Assembly (NCBI GenBank): GCA_050273025.1
Contig: CP158636.1
Location: 10,230,001-10,294,000 of the forward strand
DNA from: Cenococcum geophilum
Lineage: Eukaryota
DNA length: 64,000 nt
Reading direction: 5' to 3'
Shown: positions 1-13,955 of the stretch, one piece after another
Numbering within the stretch: the stretch's first letter is position 1
Layout of the letters: every line of letters starts with the position of its first letter
Made by a program: the position numbers and the translations under genes
The notes under the pieces: generated by a model
Database searches by the model: none
Told to the model about the DNA's origin: nothing
What the model saw: only the letters and a program-made list of their open reading frames with translations

Positions 1-1760
1 AGGTTTTTTCTAATATACCAAATTTGCTACGCCTAAAGGTCCTAATTTAGTTACTTAAGGTACCGGGCATAATCCTAATATTTAAAACATTCTTTAAAGA
101 TTTAAAGTATCTCAAACCCGTAATAATAATCTTAAGGGGAATACTACCGCTAAACCATAAAGATTCTATAAGAGAGATAATTACGCATTGCTATATAGGG
201 TTATTAGAGCACGACGGTTATTATTTAGTTTAATTTAGTTTAAATAGAGAGCGTTATATACCAAACACCCTAGGATTACTTATTCGCTATCATCAACTCT
301 ACTTATACTCACTACGATATTTTCCTAGTATAACCGATATATCTCCATTAGTAAACAAAAGAAGTAAGAAGGATAACATTAAAAGTAGTAAAAAGAGCAA
401 TAACTCCGCTAAAAAGAGGGCTTAGTATAAATTCACGAGGCTAGCTAGTAATCTCGGGTTTAAGTTAAAGCCTATTAAGGAACTTTTAGGGGAAGACCCT
501 AATAAAGCAGAAATCCGGGTTTCCCTTTATAATTAGCGACCTAAAGAATTATATAAAATTAGTGACGAGGATTTTAAATTAGAGGTAGACCGCTAACTAG
601 AAGTGCTTTATGCCAAATTTAAGCAGCAAATACTCCTAAACCCCACTCTTACTCTAAGCGTTAATTTTAGTAGTAAGCTTATTAATTATAGATGCGGTAA
701 ACCGCTATAGGCTTCCTATATCTCTAATAAGAATCTTTTATTCCTACCTATATTATATAGTATAGATAATATAGTTAGTCCAAAAGCTATGCTTACATTA
801 TTCGCAGTTAAACGATTTATTTTCTTCTGCTTTTTTAGGTAGAGGGATACAAACGATTCCGACCTTTAGATAAAAGAGATACAAGCACCTGTATCGGAAG
901 TGCCCAAGAGTACTTATTTAGCTAGCTATAAGCAGCAGCAGGGCTATAAGCAGCAGTAAAGTTATAAGCAGCAGTAGAGCTATAAGCAGTAGTAGAGCCA
1001 CGAGCAGCAGCAAAGCTACGAGTAGTAGTAGAGCCACGAGCAGTAGCAGAGCCACAAGTAGCAGTAAAGCCACGAGCAGCAGTAGAGCCACGAGCAGCAG
1101 CAGAGCTACAAGCAGTAGTAGAGCTACGAGCAGCAGCAGGGAAGCAATAAGTAAAGTTAAATGGGTTACCTTATAGTCTAGCAACCTCCTAAAACTACTA
1201 TAACAACTACTTAAAGCGCCCTTTTTACTATTAAATCTCTATCTAATAAATACAAGATTATAAATTAGGTTGCTTTCTTTTAAATTATAACCTTAAAATA
1301 TAGCAGGATAGGAAACGATAGCTTTGCTATAAAAAATATAGCTTCCGAAATTATAGACGGATATTTTAACAATAACTTTATTAGAGCGCCTTAGAAATTC
1401 GGATACGTTATTACAAACTCTCTATAGTTAATAAATATTATAAATATCTATAATAGAGCTAATTTAACAAACACGAATTTTCCGTAGGTTATTTTTATTC
1501 TAGATAAAGGATCTAAGTTACTAGATATACGGTTTCTTAAAAAGCCTTTTTCTCAATATATAGATCTATTTTACGGTAGTAAGGCTATAAAATAAAAAGC
1601 ATTAAAGGACTAGCTACTAACTCCTAACAATTCTATAAAAAGCGTAAGACTTATTTAATAAGAAATCTAGCCTACGCTACCCCCTAAAACGCAAACTGGG
1701 CCCAAACTTCGCCCGTCTAACAAAGATATGGACGAAATTTAGTAAGTGCGAATTTCTCGA
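1..1760 (+). pseudogene. DUF3723-family protein, RIP-degraded, 5' end outside the window
   Basis: De-RIP reading gives PGMIxxFETFFEDLKYLEP (~62-120), FxRLASNLGFxS (~431-467), RCGKP..SY..D..LFLP (~690-750) and FAVKRFIFFCFFG (~801-840), followed by a Q/E-rich repeat tract. These match motifs I recognise from DUF3723. The 3' end is approximate. Confidence 0.8.
924..1139 (+). repeat. 18-bp coding tandem repeat, 12 copies (consensus AGCCACGAGCAGCAGCAG = SHEQQQ)
   Basis: Directly visible. Copies differ almost only by C>T/G>A changes. The antisense ORF 918..1184 shows LLLL(V/I)(A/T) x12. Confidence 0.9.
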
Positions 1761-2488
1761 ATTAGGATGTAGCGAGGGGAAAGCCGACTTTTATATCTAT
1801 AAAGAAATATTATATTACTAGAAATTTAAGTCAAGGATTTTAGTATAAGCGCTTAATTTTATCTAATTATTAACCTAAAGGGATTAAAGAACATACAACG
1901 TCGGCTTAAGTATCATATTAGGATAGAGGCGTAAGCATAATAGGTTTACTAACATTACTATCTTCTTAGAAGTTTACTATAACTCCACACTTATATTGTC
2001 TTTGCTACTAGTTTATATTTGCTAATCTTCCAATTAGTAGACCTTATAGCGTCGCTCTGTTAAACTTTTAACAACTGCTACGGCTATTTAGTAAAAGGGG
2101 TCTATAGCTCTACTCCCTACCCAGCTAGATATAAGGATTAGGATCTATAATTAGCCAATTAACCAAAATTACACGATTCTAATTCTTCTTCCTTAATCGT
2201 CTTAAGAACGCACACCTCTTTATATAAGTTTATGGCGGATAAGGCCTTATAAAGTATTTTATACAATATATAGAGAATTTAAGCTTAGCAAGTATTGTAT
2301 TAAAATTTTAATCCTCTTTATTATAGTCCGGGGATATAGCTAGGTAGGTTAGTAGTAGAAAGGTAGTGGCCGGCTAATTAATTATGCTATTAGAAAAGAG
2401 TAACTAAAGACACACGCAGCAATATAAAATAGAAAAATTCCATTTAGCCTAAAGATTAGCTTTCGTCCTAGAACCCGTTTCTGCCAAT

Positions 2489-5400
2489 ATAATTACCTAT
2501 CCGCATAATAAGTAGTTAAAACTCTATAGGGATTATAATAAGTAGTCAATAACCTATAAGGGACGACTTTAAAAACTTATAGCCGATATAACACACGCAG
2601 ACACTTAGTATTTATCTTTACTCCTTTTTATTAGAAAGAAGAATAAAAAACAAGCACTAAGAGCTCTCTTTCCCGCGATTAACCACAAACGGCGTAGCGT
2701 TTAAGGTATAATTAGGCTAAATATTAACCTAACTACCGCAGGCGCTGAAAATCCAATGCTCTTCACTAAGGCTAATCTAGAAAACCTTTCTATTAAACTT
2801 AGTAAAACGGCAGACTGCTATTATAAGACTAAGCGGTATAGGCTTAACTAGGTTAGCAACTAATATCCTAAGCCTAAGACTAGAGATGTAGTTAATAGGA
2901 TCTACTTACTATTACTTCTCCCCTTTACTAACGTCTTTTGCCTTTTTATAAAGGATTTCTTAAGTTTAAAAGAGGTTTTAAATCTTCTTTATAGATGGGC
3001 AGAACGAGGCCAGGAATCGGTAATAAGTCGACTATATATTATTATTATCGTTATATAAATAGTCAACTCTATAAACTTTATTAAGAGCCTACTAGACGTA
3101 TTAAAATCCTTCTCTAGCGTAACAATTATAGCCTTACTAGATGCTATAGAAGTATTACCAACTATACACTACTTTTTACTTAAAGATGCTCTACTACAAG
3201 AGGCTAACTATACTTAACGAGCAAAAATTACTAAGCAGGCACTATTCTCCGCAACTTACCTTTAAGCATTTTTCCATAAAGCGTTAATTCATTTCACTAC
3301 AACTACAAGTCTACCTTTTAGTTTCTTCCATACGTCTAGGGAAGGAAATGACATTAATAATTAGTTTTCCGCCCACCTAGGCTTATTCCTATAACTCTGT
3401 TACTAGTATAAAGTCTCCCTTAATAACGCCGCTATATATATTGCCTTAGCTATTCTTATAGATAGTTCTCCCCCTAAAATACATTATAAGATTTTAAAAC
3501 CCTTAATTCCTGCTAGTTATTAAATATATAAGGTTTTTATCCTAAAGCCCTTTTCCGAACTCTCTATTACGATTACTGCTAAGCAGTATATCTTAAATAG
3601 CATTATCTTTAGCACCTATTAGCTTATAACTAGTGTCGCTTAATAAAGGATAATCTCATAACTATACTATCTAATTTAGATATAGATAATATCCCTTCTT
3701 TCTAGCTATACTAGCAGAATCTATAGGAACTTAAACAGAGCATTCCCCGACTAAAGTTAAATAGAACTTACCTATTCTGCCTTTATAAAAAACCAGAACA
3801 TACACTTATTTATAGACATTTAATGTGTAATATTTACGTCTATAAATACGGCACGCCGATGTAAGGCATTAAATATTACTTTAAAGTCTCTAAGTGTATA
3901 TTATATTAATCTAAAGGGCCGCTAGGAGTAAAGCTCCTTCTACTAACTGCTAGTACTCGTTTACTAGCGATTAACGGAGGCGGCGTCTAAGGAGAGCTAT
4001 TACTACTAATACTAAGAAATCTAGAGCAAGTTTGGGACCTCCTATATCCCCTTTAAGATGATTTCGACTTCGCTCTAGGTACTAGTTTAGGTAAAGTTTA
4101 ATTATACAATAATATAGAATAAACTAACTTCTATAGGAGGCCTTACTGTTCTTTAGCTTTTCTAGATATAACAAAGCATCTAAAATTGCATTTTTATGTT
4201 TAAAACGCTGGCTGAACGAGTTTTCGCTATACAGCGTCTTGCTAGGCTTTTACTGTGCTTTTATATGATTTCGTTTTTAGATTCTTAGCTCACTAAAAGC
4301 CATTCTAAGGTTGCTAAACTTAAGTTCTATTTTAAAGATGCATTTGGAATAAATAACCGGCTGTTTAATATAGTAAAGTTTAGGACGTCTAGTACGAAAG
4401 TTGCTATAATAGCCATAATAATATCCAAAGGCGCGCTATACATATTATCGAATTATAATAGCGTATTAGAACGTCGAAAAGATTGCAGTAAATTTAACCT
4501 AAGCTATTTAAACTCTATCCTAATATATAGCTAGGTTATAAGCACGTTAGATCGACTAATCCTTATAATAAAGTATTAACATAGTAAGCGTAAGTTTTAA
4601 TTATCTTATTTATATATATAGACTAACAATTTATAGTGCATAAGCTATATCTACTACACCTACGTATATTTAATATACTCTTACTTACTCTGTTAAAGTT
4701 CTAACAAATTTATCTAGTATCTTTCCAGCCAAGTTTATCCCTACTATTGGTTTCATTTAAGATGGGGGTATTAGAAAGTATAACAACCCTATAGATCCAA
4801 TCTATTAGGAGAGTCGTATTGCCTTTAACGCGGACCCTAATCTGACTATATCTATTGGTTTAGGGTTTGCTTAACAGCCTAGTTCCCCTAAAGCCCCGTC
4901 TACATAATATAGTTTTTAAAATAGTTCTATACCTCAGCTCCTAAGGTCGTTTAGAACTATACTAGTAACTTAAAATAACCACATTAAGTATTTAAATCGA
5001 CTCGAGTCACTACTAGTGGATAAGGAAGCTCTAGGAAGCTACTTTCGGATTAACATACCCTTTAAATACTAGCCCACACTAGACGAGATAGGTAAGATGG
5101 CAGATCTTTAAAGGGAAACGCATCTATATCTTTAGTTATAACAACACATCCTTCTAGCTATTAAATAAGCACTACAGTCGGCCTCTTTCTTCTTTAAATT
5201 AAGCGAGATGCTAAGCTTTTAAGGGCGTTAGTATAAATATTGTAGATCTATATATTGTTAGAGTCTAAATGCCTAAGCGCTAGTCTGCGATTTAGCATAA
5301 AAATTCCCGTCTACCCAGTTCTTAACTAATTAAAATACTAACTTAGGTAATCTAAATAAGGGTAATCTATATATAGATTATAGAATCTATAATAAGGCCG

Positions 5401-5680
5401 TTAAATTCCCCGTCTATTACCTTGGCCAAAAAGTAACTATATCCTTATAGTTAAATCAGTTATACCGCCGGAAGATTAGTAGCTTTCCCAATTTAATCAC
5501 TTAGTTTATTAAGCGATAGAGACTTAATGCCGACTTTAGCAAACCTAGCCATTCTAACCCTAAGGAAGTCTTTTATTATAAGTATAACTACTCTATCCCA
5601 AGTATTCCGACGCGAAAGAGGCCGTTAGTACACTTTAATAGAGGCTTTCGCAAAAAACACCGTTAGAGTATCTTTACTTA
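2489..5680 (+). pseudogene. Patatin-like phospholipase (Starship PLP type), RIP-degraded, with introns
   Basis: De-RIP reading: RLLAIDGGGVRG (~3957-3993), FDFALGTSS|G with a GT..CTAAC..AG intron (~4063-4140), FQDGG..KHNNP (~4755-4790), N-terminal QY.SLLLFIG..K..ALRALFP and C-terminal KISGFP....F...Q.L..DFG...H. Confidence 0.88.
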
Positions 5681-6049
5681 GTTAGTATTATTTGCCTTTA
5701 CAAGATAAGGCCGAAATATTATATTTTTATTAGGAGGCGAGGTCATGCGTAAAAATATTAAATTTACTATTTTTAAATTCCCTATAGAGTTCTTAATAGT
5801 AACTCATCCCCTACCCATTATCTGCTTTATCCCCGGTATTATGCCCTATATTATCCCCTATATTATCCCTTTATCCTAGTATTATCCTTAGCACTACCTA
5901 CCTACTTTACCTATCTGCTTTACCTATCTACGCCTTACCAAGAGTAGTAGGTTAAATTATCTATAAGCAGTCCTTAGATTATAAATAGCTTACCAGAATT
6001 ATAAGATTTATTTTAATATTTATAGATATAAGCATTACAACTTATAAAT

Positions 6050-8600
6050 GTAGTAGTATTTAATTTTTAGGCACTTATAACTCTACCTCAAAATCTTCTA
6101 AGTAATCCTCACGTCGTAATAAATAACTTTGCCATATTCTCGTATATAAATTATAGACGCGGCTATTAAGGCCGTAGTAATTCTCTTAATATCCCTTGCG
6201 ATAACTATATCATCCTTTATATATAGTAAAAAGGCCTAGCGCAAACCACTTCACCAGTTACGGTTTTAATAAACTTAGTAATTTTAACGGCTTTAGCAAA
6301 TCCAACTACTTTAACCTCTTTAGCAGCATCTAATACTTCGCGCACAACTTATTCAGCAATGAGTTCGGCCTTTACTGCACTAGCTTTAGACATTTGGGAG
6401 TAAGTAACTTAATAACCCTATTAATCCTAAGTTAATATAGGATAACTAACGAATATTTAAGTCTTAATGTTAATAGAAAAGAAGGGAGTAAGATAAACCC
6501 GTAGGGCATTTAAATAAACGGCCTTTAAGATTCAATTGGGGCTATCTTTGGAATATATAGTAGTAGTTAAATAACGCTAGTAGTATTTATTGCCTTAACA
6601 TTATAAACCAACTAGAATTTAGCTGTACTATATTTAAAATAGTTCTAAGCTTACTACTATCTTATATTCTACGTCCTGTAAATCAACGCGAAAATAAAGC
6701 TGGAAATTCAATGCCTAAGAGAATAGTATAAAAATCTCAATAAATCAAAGATGCCGTTTACGGTTATCTCCTATAGCTAGCTAAGGTTTACTATAATTCT
6801 CTAACTTATACCTACTCTTGGCTTCTTAAGCCCACAAATATAAATATATCTAAATATCCTTATAGTGCTGCCAGATCTTAGCTAGAGATATAGTACTCTC
6901 CTATTTTTATTCTCTAGTACCCTCTCTAGTACCCTCTATTATCCATCTTATTAAGACAAATATATCTTTTAGATAAACGTCTAACTTCTTAGGGTTAATA
7001 TTATTAGGTTCCCCTCTTCCTCTTTTAGCGGACTACGCAATTTCTATTATAGCGCCAAGATTCTATATAGTGAGGTGTAATTCCCCGTTATTTATTTTCT
7101 CACAGTAGCTGTTTTCTAGGTCACTAATATCTTCCTTAGCCGGATCATTATAGTCTACTAGCAATTCTTTAGGTATATTCGCAGATAAGATAAGCCTATA
7201 GATTAGGGCCTTTTTTAAGCCGTATTCGATTAGGTATTGTTTAGTTAAACTAAATAGTCGCCAGCCTTTAATAGCTATATCCATTTTATCCTCTTCTAGC
7301 AATTAGTTTTGCATTTCTTTAGTAGAGGCTATACTAAGTCTAACTAATAGTAAGATATAGATAAATTCGCGTATATAGTTCGGGCTTTATATAAGTAGAG
7401 ACCGCCCTTTTTTTTTAGCACCTATTACTTTTAAAACTTAATGGCTGCAAGAAAATGCCTACCTTCTTACTCTAACCTTAAATGGAAACTCCTTTAACCA
7501 AATACAAGTAAACGGCCCTAAAAATATTAATTAAGAAAGAGTAACAACGATAGAAATAGAGTAGTAGTATTAAGGTATAAATCATTTCTCTAGACAAATA
7601 TAATTTTATTTAAAACTATAAAAGATTATTACTATAAATAGACATATTCTAAGCCCTTATAATAACTATAGTTTATAACCCTTTAGCAGTCTAAGCGAGA
7701 TAAGTTACCCCTAGCATTACTTAGATACCAGGACTTTTAAATAATTAACCTAGAAGACTTGTTTGTCATTATAATTACCACACTCCTTACTGCTCCCCAT
7801 CCTTTTAATTACCTCATTAGCTAGCTCCTCTAGCGTCTCTACTTACTTCACCCTATATTTCTAATAAGTAAACTACACATTAGTCTACCTAAAATATCCC
7901 TTCGGATAACAAACTACTAACTTCCTATCTCTTACGTACTTGCTAAGCTCTAGTAAAAATATCAGCGATATAGTATTCGGATTAAAAAATATAGCAATTA
8001 CCATAGCGTGCTCTAAGCCGTTAAACTCCCATTAAATTTACTTTAACACTTCTCCGTTAAGTTTATCTTATAGTAGAGAACTATTCCAGTCGTTACGCCG
8101 TAGGTTTAGAACTATAATCCTATATAGCTTAAGGAGCTCTATAATATCCTTTTGCCATTCTATCGCTCTACTATTTTTAATACTACCAGCAAGGAAGACA
8201 GATTTTCCAGTAATAGCACGTATAGTTGGTGGCTAATAGACAATAAAGTTGGGGTGCTTATTCATAACGATAGGTTCAGCGGATTTTTTAGTAGAAGTTA
8301 TAATGCTTAGGGCGGTAGGCGTAGAGTTAGCGGGAATTCCGATAGGACTCAAAACAATCGGGATCGCAGCTAGTTCGGCGGGGATTTTAATAGGAGTTAT
8401 GGCGATTAAGGGCGTAGTAATAGACTAGAAGTTTAGGGATGACTTAGATATAAGGCAAGTTTGCAAAAAATAACTTAGATAAAAGTCTTACCTATTAGTT
8501 CTATATAAAATAAGACAGTTTATAATAGTTTTTTCTATAAGAGCGTAGTGTACTTGCTTTATAGGCCTCTTCTTAGTAAGGAGATATAGAAGTCTACCTC
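6050..8600 (-). pseudogene. One or two RIP-degraded hypothetical cargo genes
   Basis: Long reading frames interrupted mostly by RIP-type stops; includes the residual ORF 7063..7302. No family recognised. Confidence 0.35.
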
Positions 8601-10777
8601 GGAATAGAAGGCTTAAATACTAAAGTCGGCCTAAAAAAAAGAGAGTCTTAAAACGCGAGGCACTCTAGGCCCCACATATCTCTCCTACGCACTTAAAAAA
8701 GTGGCGTAAATCTAACTACTACTATAGCCCTATAACCATGGACCTTATACCGACCCACTTAGTCCGTCATCCCCTTAATCCACTTAATTTATACCTAGTT
8801 ATTTACCTAATTCACCTAATCCACCTAATCCACCTAATCTACCTAATCCACCTATCCCTACTAATATCTTATATAACGGCTAAGATATCCTATTAAACCC
8901 TAGATATAAAAGTTACCTTATATACTTCTATTAGCTGCTAATATTTTTTAAACTTTATCTATATAAATTCGATTACCACCTACTACCATATATAGAGCTG
9001 CTAAACTGCGCTAAATTCTCAAAAAACTAAAGTAAGGCATATTTCTTAGCTTACGGCTAAATTAACTAATAGACATAGCTATAAACTCCTCATTAGAGTA
9101 GCCATGTCAACGACCTATAAAAATAACCATTATAGCGCATCGCTACCCGCCCTTACTATTATTAAGATTATTCTTATAATTTTAAACAGCCTTATAATTG
9201 TAATGTAGTTAAATAGTATTTAGTAAAGGTATAAGCCTAGGGAAAAGCGGGTAAATACTAAGCAAGGTATAGCAGACCCAAAATAACTCCTTTTTATACC
9301 GCATTTCACTTAAAAAAAGGCTTATTTACGTTTTAATTTTTAGGCTCCTCTTAACACATAAGTAATGGAGTATTTATTATATATAGAACTCCTATAGCAA
9401 ATGGATTTTTTATAGTAGATCCTATATAGATGCCTATATAATATTTTACTCCAGTTTAAGACCGGTATTTTTAGATAGATAGTAAAAATATCATTTTAGG
9501 ATATAAAGCATTACATCTATTTGTATATTAAATGGTAATATAACCTCTTCTTCCCTTATTCCCCTCTAGTGATCTTTTTTAACCAAAGTAGAGTAGATTT
9601 AAGCTCAAATTTACTCCACTTATAGTTTAACTCATTCCTAAATAGGATTAACACTTACCTATTAAGGCTAGTAGTCCACTTTACTCCACTCTACTTTAAC
9701 TTTAACCTAGTCTAAAAAGATTACTATGAATATAATCTACTATTACTGCCTAACATAGTCCGTTTACTAGCTTCTTAAGATCTAACTATTATACCTAGCT
9801 TTGCCTTATTAAGTAGCAAAGGCTCCCTTAAAACCTATAAATAGTTCTAAGACTAGAGCGGATATATTTGCTTAGACTTAGTTATATAGCCCTATACTAG
9901 CGTTTAAGGGGATATCTAATGAATCGCATTTTGTACGCAATCCAAAGTCTACAAATTTCCTCTACGTTATCCATTTACTTCTTTTCCATTATTACAACCC
10001 TATTCCACTATTGTAGGCTTTTTATAGCCCATAACCGACTACAACATAAGGTAATATATCGTATTGCTATACCTTTAAAAGAGAAAAAGACGATGGGAAT
10101 AGCTCTATCTATATGCTTTTTTAGAATATTTTTATATAGTCACATTCCCGAAGCGCTTTATTATCCCTAAAGTAGCTTAACTAAAGCAGTTTTAGGCCAA
10201 GCCTACCTTAGTAAAACTCCGCTAAAAGTGTAGGCGCCTTATAGTTTAATCTAGAGGACCATATCTATATAAAGGGGCTTATTCTATAATATATCTATAT
10301 CTTAGGGCTGCCTATACTAAATTATATTAGATCTTTTTCTATAGCTTAAAAGCTAACGAGTCTACCTTGGCTCTAGGAGATTTTAGGTCTATATTGCCTT
10401 CGCTTTTACCAAAAAGATATGGGTAGAATATAATATCTAGCTGTAGTTAGGGCCGCAGTAAGTGCATATCCTACGTCTTCGGGCTATTTTAGGACACACT
10501 TACGTAATTTAAACGCCTCTAAGACCTATAATCTTCAGCCCTATACTACTTAACCCAAAATGTATATATCCTACTACGGATATCCGCTTCTAGATATTAC
10601 ACTTACCCTCTAACTGCTCCCTATATAGCCCTAACCCCTAAACTATATAACTAGAGTCTCTCTAGCTACGAAGCCTTTTAAGCTTTTAGCCTACGCACTT
10701 CTAGCAACTTCGTAACTTTTAGTTTACGCTTTCTTTCTAAACACAGCCTCTAAACTCCAAAGCCTCCAATACTCAAA

Positions 10778-11600
10778 ATGGTTGCTATTACGGATAATAC
10801 TAGCTCAGTTCAAACTACGGCCTCTTAGCCTAGCGCAGTAGAAGACAACATAGTAGGGCATATTTACCTCATACCTAGTAGTCCTAAAGCCCCTATACAA
10901 TTTATCGCAGTGCCTGTCGTCAAGTCCAATTTAAAATCCCTTATTAAAACCTAAAAGAATACAGAAACCATTTATAGAGCCCCCTTACTCTACATTCCAG
11001 GCAATATACTAGCACTTCTTATTAAACTTGCCTTTTAAGGGAATATAGTTAAGTACGTTAATACCCTACAAATATTTTTATAATATTCTCTCTAATATAT
11101 AGCAAAAGAAATCCAAAGATACTCTATAACCTCTTAAAGTAATAGAATAATGACCAAGATTTCGATCAACTCTCAGCAGTCTAAATTCCAAGCGAACTCT
11201 ACTCTTCGTTAATTACGAGGGCTTATAAACCGTCAGCAGTCTGGTTAAAGGGCTCTATATACAAATAATATATTATAGTCTATTCCCAAAGCGAGGATAT
11301 AAGCGTAGAATTTTTCTATGCAGATATAAAGATCCGTACTAAGTCTAGTAAGCCTCTAAAGATTTAAACTATACCTAAACTAAACAATAATATTGTGCCA
11401 AATCTAGAGTCTCTAGAGATTAAGACTATACCTAAACTAAACGATCTTAAAATTTATTTAAAATACCTTTTATCCAATTATACACTTCTTTTTATTAGTT
11501 TGGTGGCCTTTATATTATTATAATTTATATTACTATATCTTATTAAGCATGTTACGGTACTAGCAGAAAACGGCAGATTGCGGTAGATTGCGGTTACATA
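10778..11600 (+). pseudogene. RIP-degraded hypothetical protein with a C-terminal hydrophobic segment
   Basis: ATG at 10778 in AAAATGG context. Frame is broken only by RIP-like stops. Internal duplication (~11360-11388 / ~11417-11445) and a hydrophobic stretch LLFISLVAFILL near 11480-11520. Confidence 0.4.
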
Positions 11601-13955
11601 ACTAGAGGATTGTATAAAACTTCAAGCGGCGCTACTATTCTTCTCCTTTCCTTTCTTTAGCTTTAGATCCTCGTTAATAGACAATCTAATCATATAGGCT
11701 TGCGTACGTCCTTCCTGCTATACTCGTGCCTCGATTAACTAAGTCGCTAGCAGAGTATAGAGCTGAGATATAAGTTCTAAAAAGGCTTAGCTTTAGTCCT
11801 TTACTAAGATATAAATTATGGCTTTAATAATTTTTAGGAGTAGATACTATATTTATAATTATTACTTAGCGAAGCTAGTATAATACTACAACTCTAAAAC
11901 TAGCTGGTGCCATTATTATAACACGTCTAAGTCTTAAGGAGAATATCCCTACTATAAAAGCTAGGAAGCCTAGCTTTAGAAAAAAAGGACTTATTTAAGG
12001 TGGCTCCGCTTTTTAGCATACTAACCCTTAGATTTATTAGGCCCTTATAATACAAAGATACTAAGCTAAGGAGAAGGGGATTAGTAATAGGGCGCCGAAG
12101 CGTGCCGCTAGTACGCGGGGCAGATGCAAATAGTATAGTAGACAATAGCTTAAAGATAGATAGGGTGGATAAGGTAGATAAGGTAGAGGTAGATAAGGTT
12201 CTATTATATAATGTTATATAAGGAAGATTATAGTCAAATAAGCCCAAAAATACAGCATTACTCGCAGATCTGCAAAATTAATTATGTAGTATTTTTTTTC
12301 TTTTAGAGTTATTAATTCTTATAATATAAAAAAAGCTTTTCTAATTACCAGCTTTATTAAACTAAAGAAACTTCCTATTAACTTAGTACTAATTACTACT
12401 ATATTAAGGTTAGATTAGGGGTGCCTATAACTTATCCACCATATATATATAGCCTTATTTTCTGCGTAAATTAATCTATATACAAGTTCGTTCCTAACCT
12501 AGGATTTCCAGTCGACACTTATATTTTAATATAAGACTATTATACTTAATTAGTCCATTTATACTTAGAGCTCTAAAAGCTATAAGTCTACACTATACTA
12601 AACGCAAAATAATAACCACTAAACGACGGGTATAAAATTCCTTAGGATTTAAAAACTCTTTTCCTAACTCTATATAGGATGTTTATAGCCCAATTAAACT
12701 TTATGCCTAGACGGAGCCTAACTATTAAGGGGATATGGCTTAGACAGAATTTAATAACAACTTTTTCTCTTATAACGTTTTAAATTTTTATATATCCCAG
12801 AGTTTTATACTTACCTATTACGGTCTTTAAGGCTAGGAGCAGCTAGATATTTCCGTTACCCTTAACTTTAATACTTAGTCTACAGATAAGGATCAGTTGT
12901 CTACAAACGACTTATCGTGCCGTTATTTTATATATAGTTACTATTATCTTAACGGAAGCACTAATTGCACCAATATACCAAAGTTTATATATTACTGGCT
13001 GTGGATAAACCCAGGCCTTCTAAAACGCTAGACTCTAAGCGGTGTATAAGAACGTAGGTATAATTATAAGTTCACTTAAGCTTCTGGTTTTATATTCTGC
13101 TACTACTTCTAATACTTCTTCCTTCCTAGATTATATAAAGTGCGCATTTATTAGCAACAAAATTTCGTATACTTTATTTATCTTATATATTAGTTATATG
13201 CTATATATAGCCTTAAAGTTTAAAGTTCTTAGGCTCTACTAGTTCCATTCTATCTAGCGCTTCCTATATCTATCCTAGTATACCGCAGCTTTTATATCGT
13301 CCTTCTTTAATAGTAAACTTTTAATACTAAATTCGGCTTTAATATTAATTCCAATACGGCCTTATATTAATATTAAATACTAATAAAAGGCCTGGTCTTT
13401 TATACACTTATTAATAGTTCGATTTCCAGTTACAGAACTAGCCAATTTGGCCTTATCTAGGATTTGACGAAAAATTATTAGCATTTAATACGCTATATAT
13501 ATAAACCTATTTAAAAAACTTTATTATAAGTTCTATATGGCCGCCTTTAACAAGGGAACTTAACGTTAGTACTAACCATATCCTCCTAACAATAATATAT
13601 TCTGCTTATCTAGTGCCTTTATAAACCTAAATAGAGTTTAGTAAGCTAGGGTTTACTAGTAGCCTAGGGGTTATTATAAACGGGCTACCCCCCTCCCTAT
13701 TAGCTTCTCTATTAAGTAGCTATAAGCAAGCCAATAATAATATAATATTGTTTAATTTTCGGCGAGGTGCTGTAACGGCACGCATAAATGCCTCTAAGGT
13801 AAAGCTTATAGATTGCAACTATCGAAGATACTAAGCCAAGGAGGGGACGCGTTTATATACGCGGGGGTCGCAAGAGAATTAACATAATGCTCTTAATTAT
13901 AAAAGAAAAAAATCCTATAAACCGGTAGACTATATAAGTACATAAAGGAAATCAA

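Noticed and set aside
918..1184. 88-aa poly-Leu 'membrane protein' ORF
   Set aside because: It is the antisense shadow of the SHEQQQ repeat in the DUF3723 pseudogene.
8770..8855. Short 9-bp CCACCTAAT repeats (similar low-complexity tracts at ~5830-5930 and ~15470-15545)
   Set aside because: Simple degenerate microrepeats with no evidence of function.
9575..9720. Possible small MITE (AAAGTAGAGT.. / ..ACTCTACTTT inverted motif)
   Set aside because: The match is short, and I could not define termini or a TSD.
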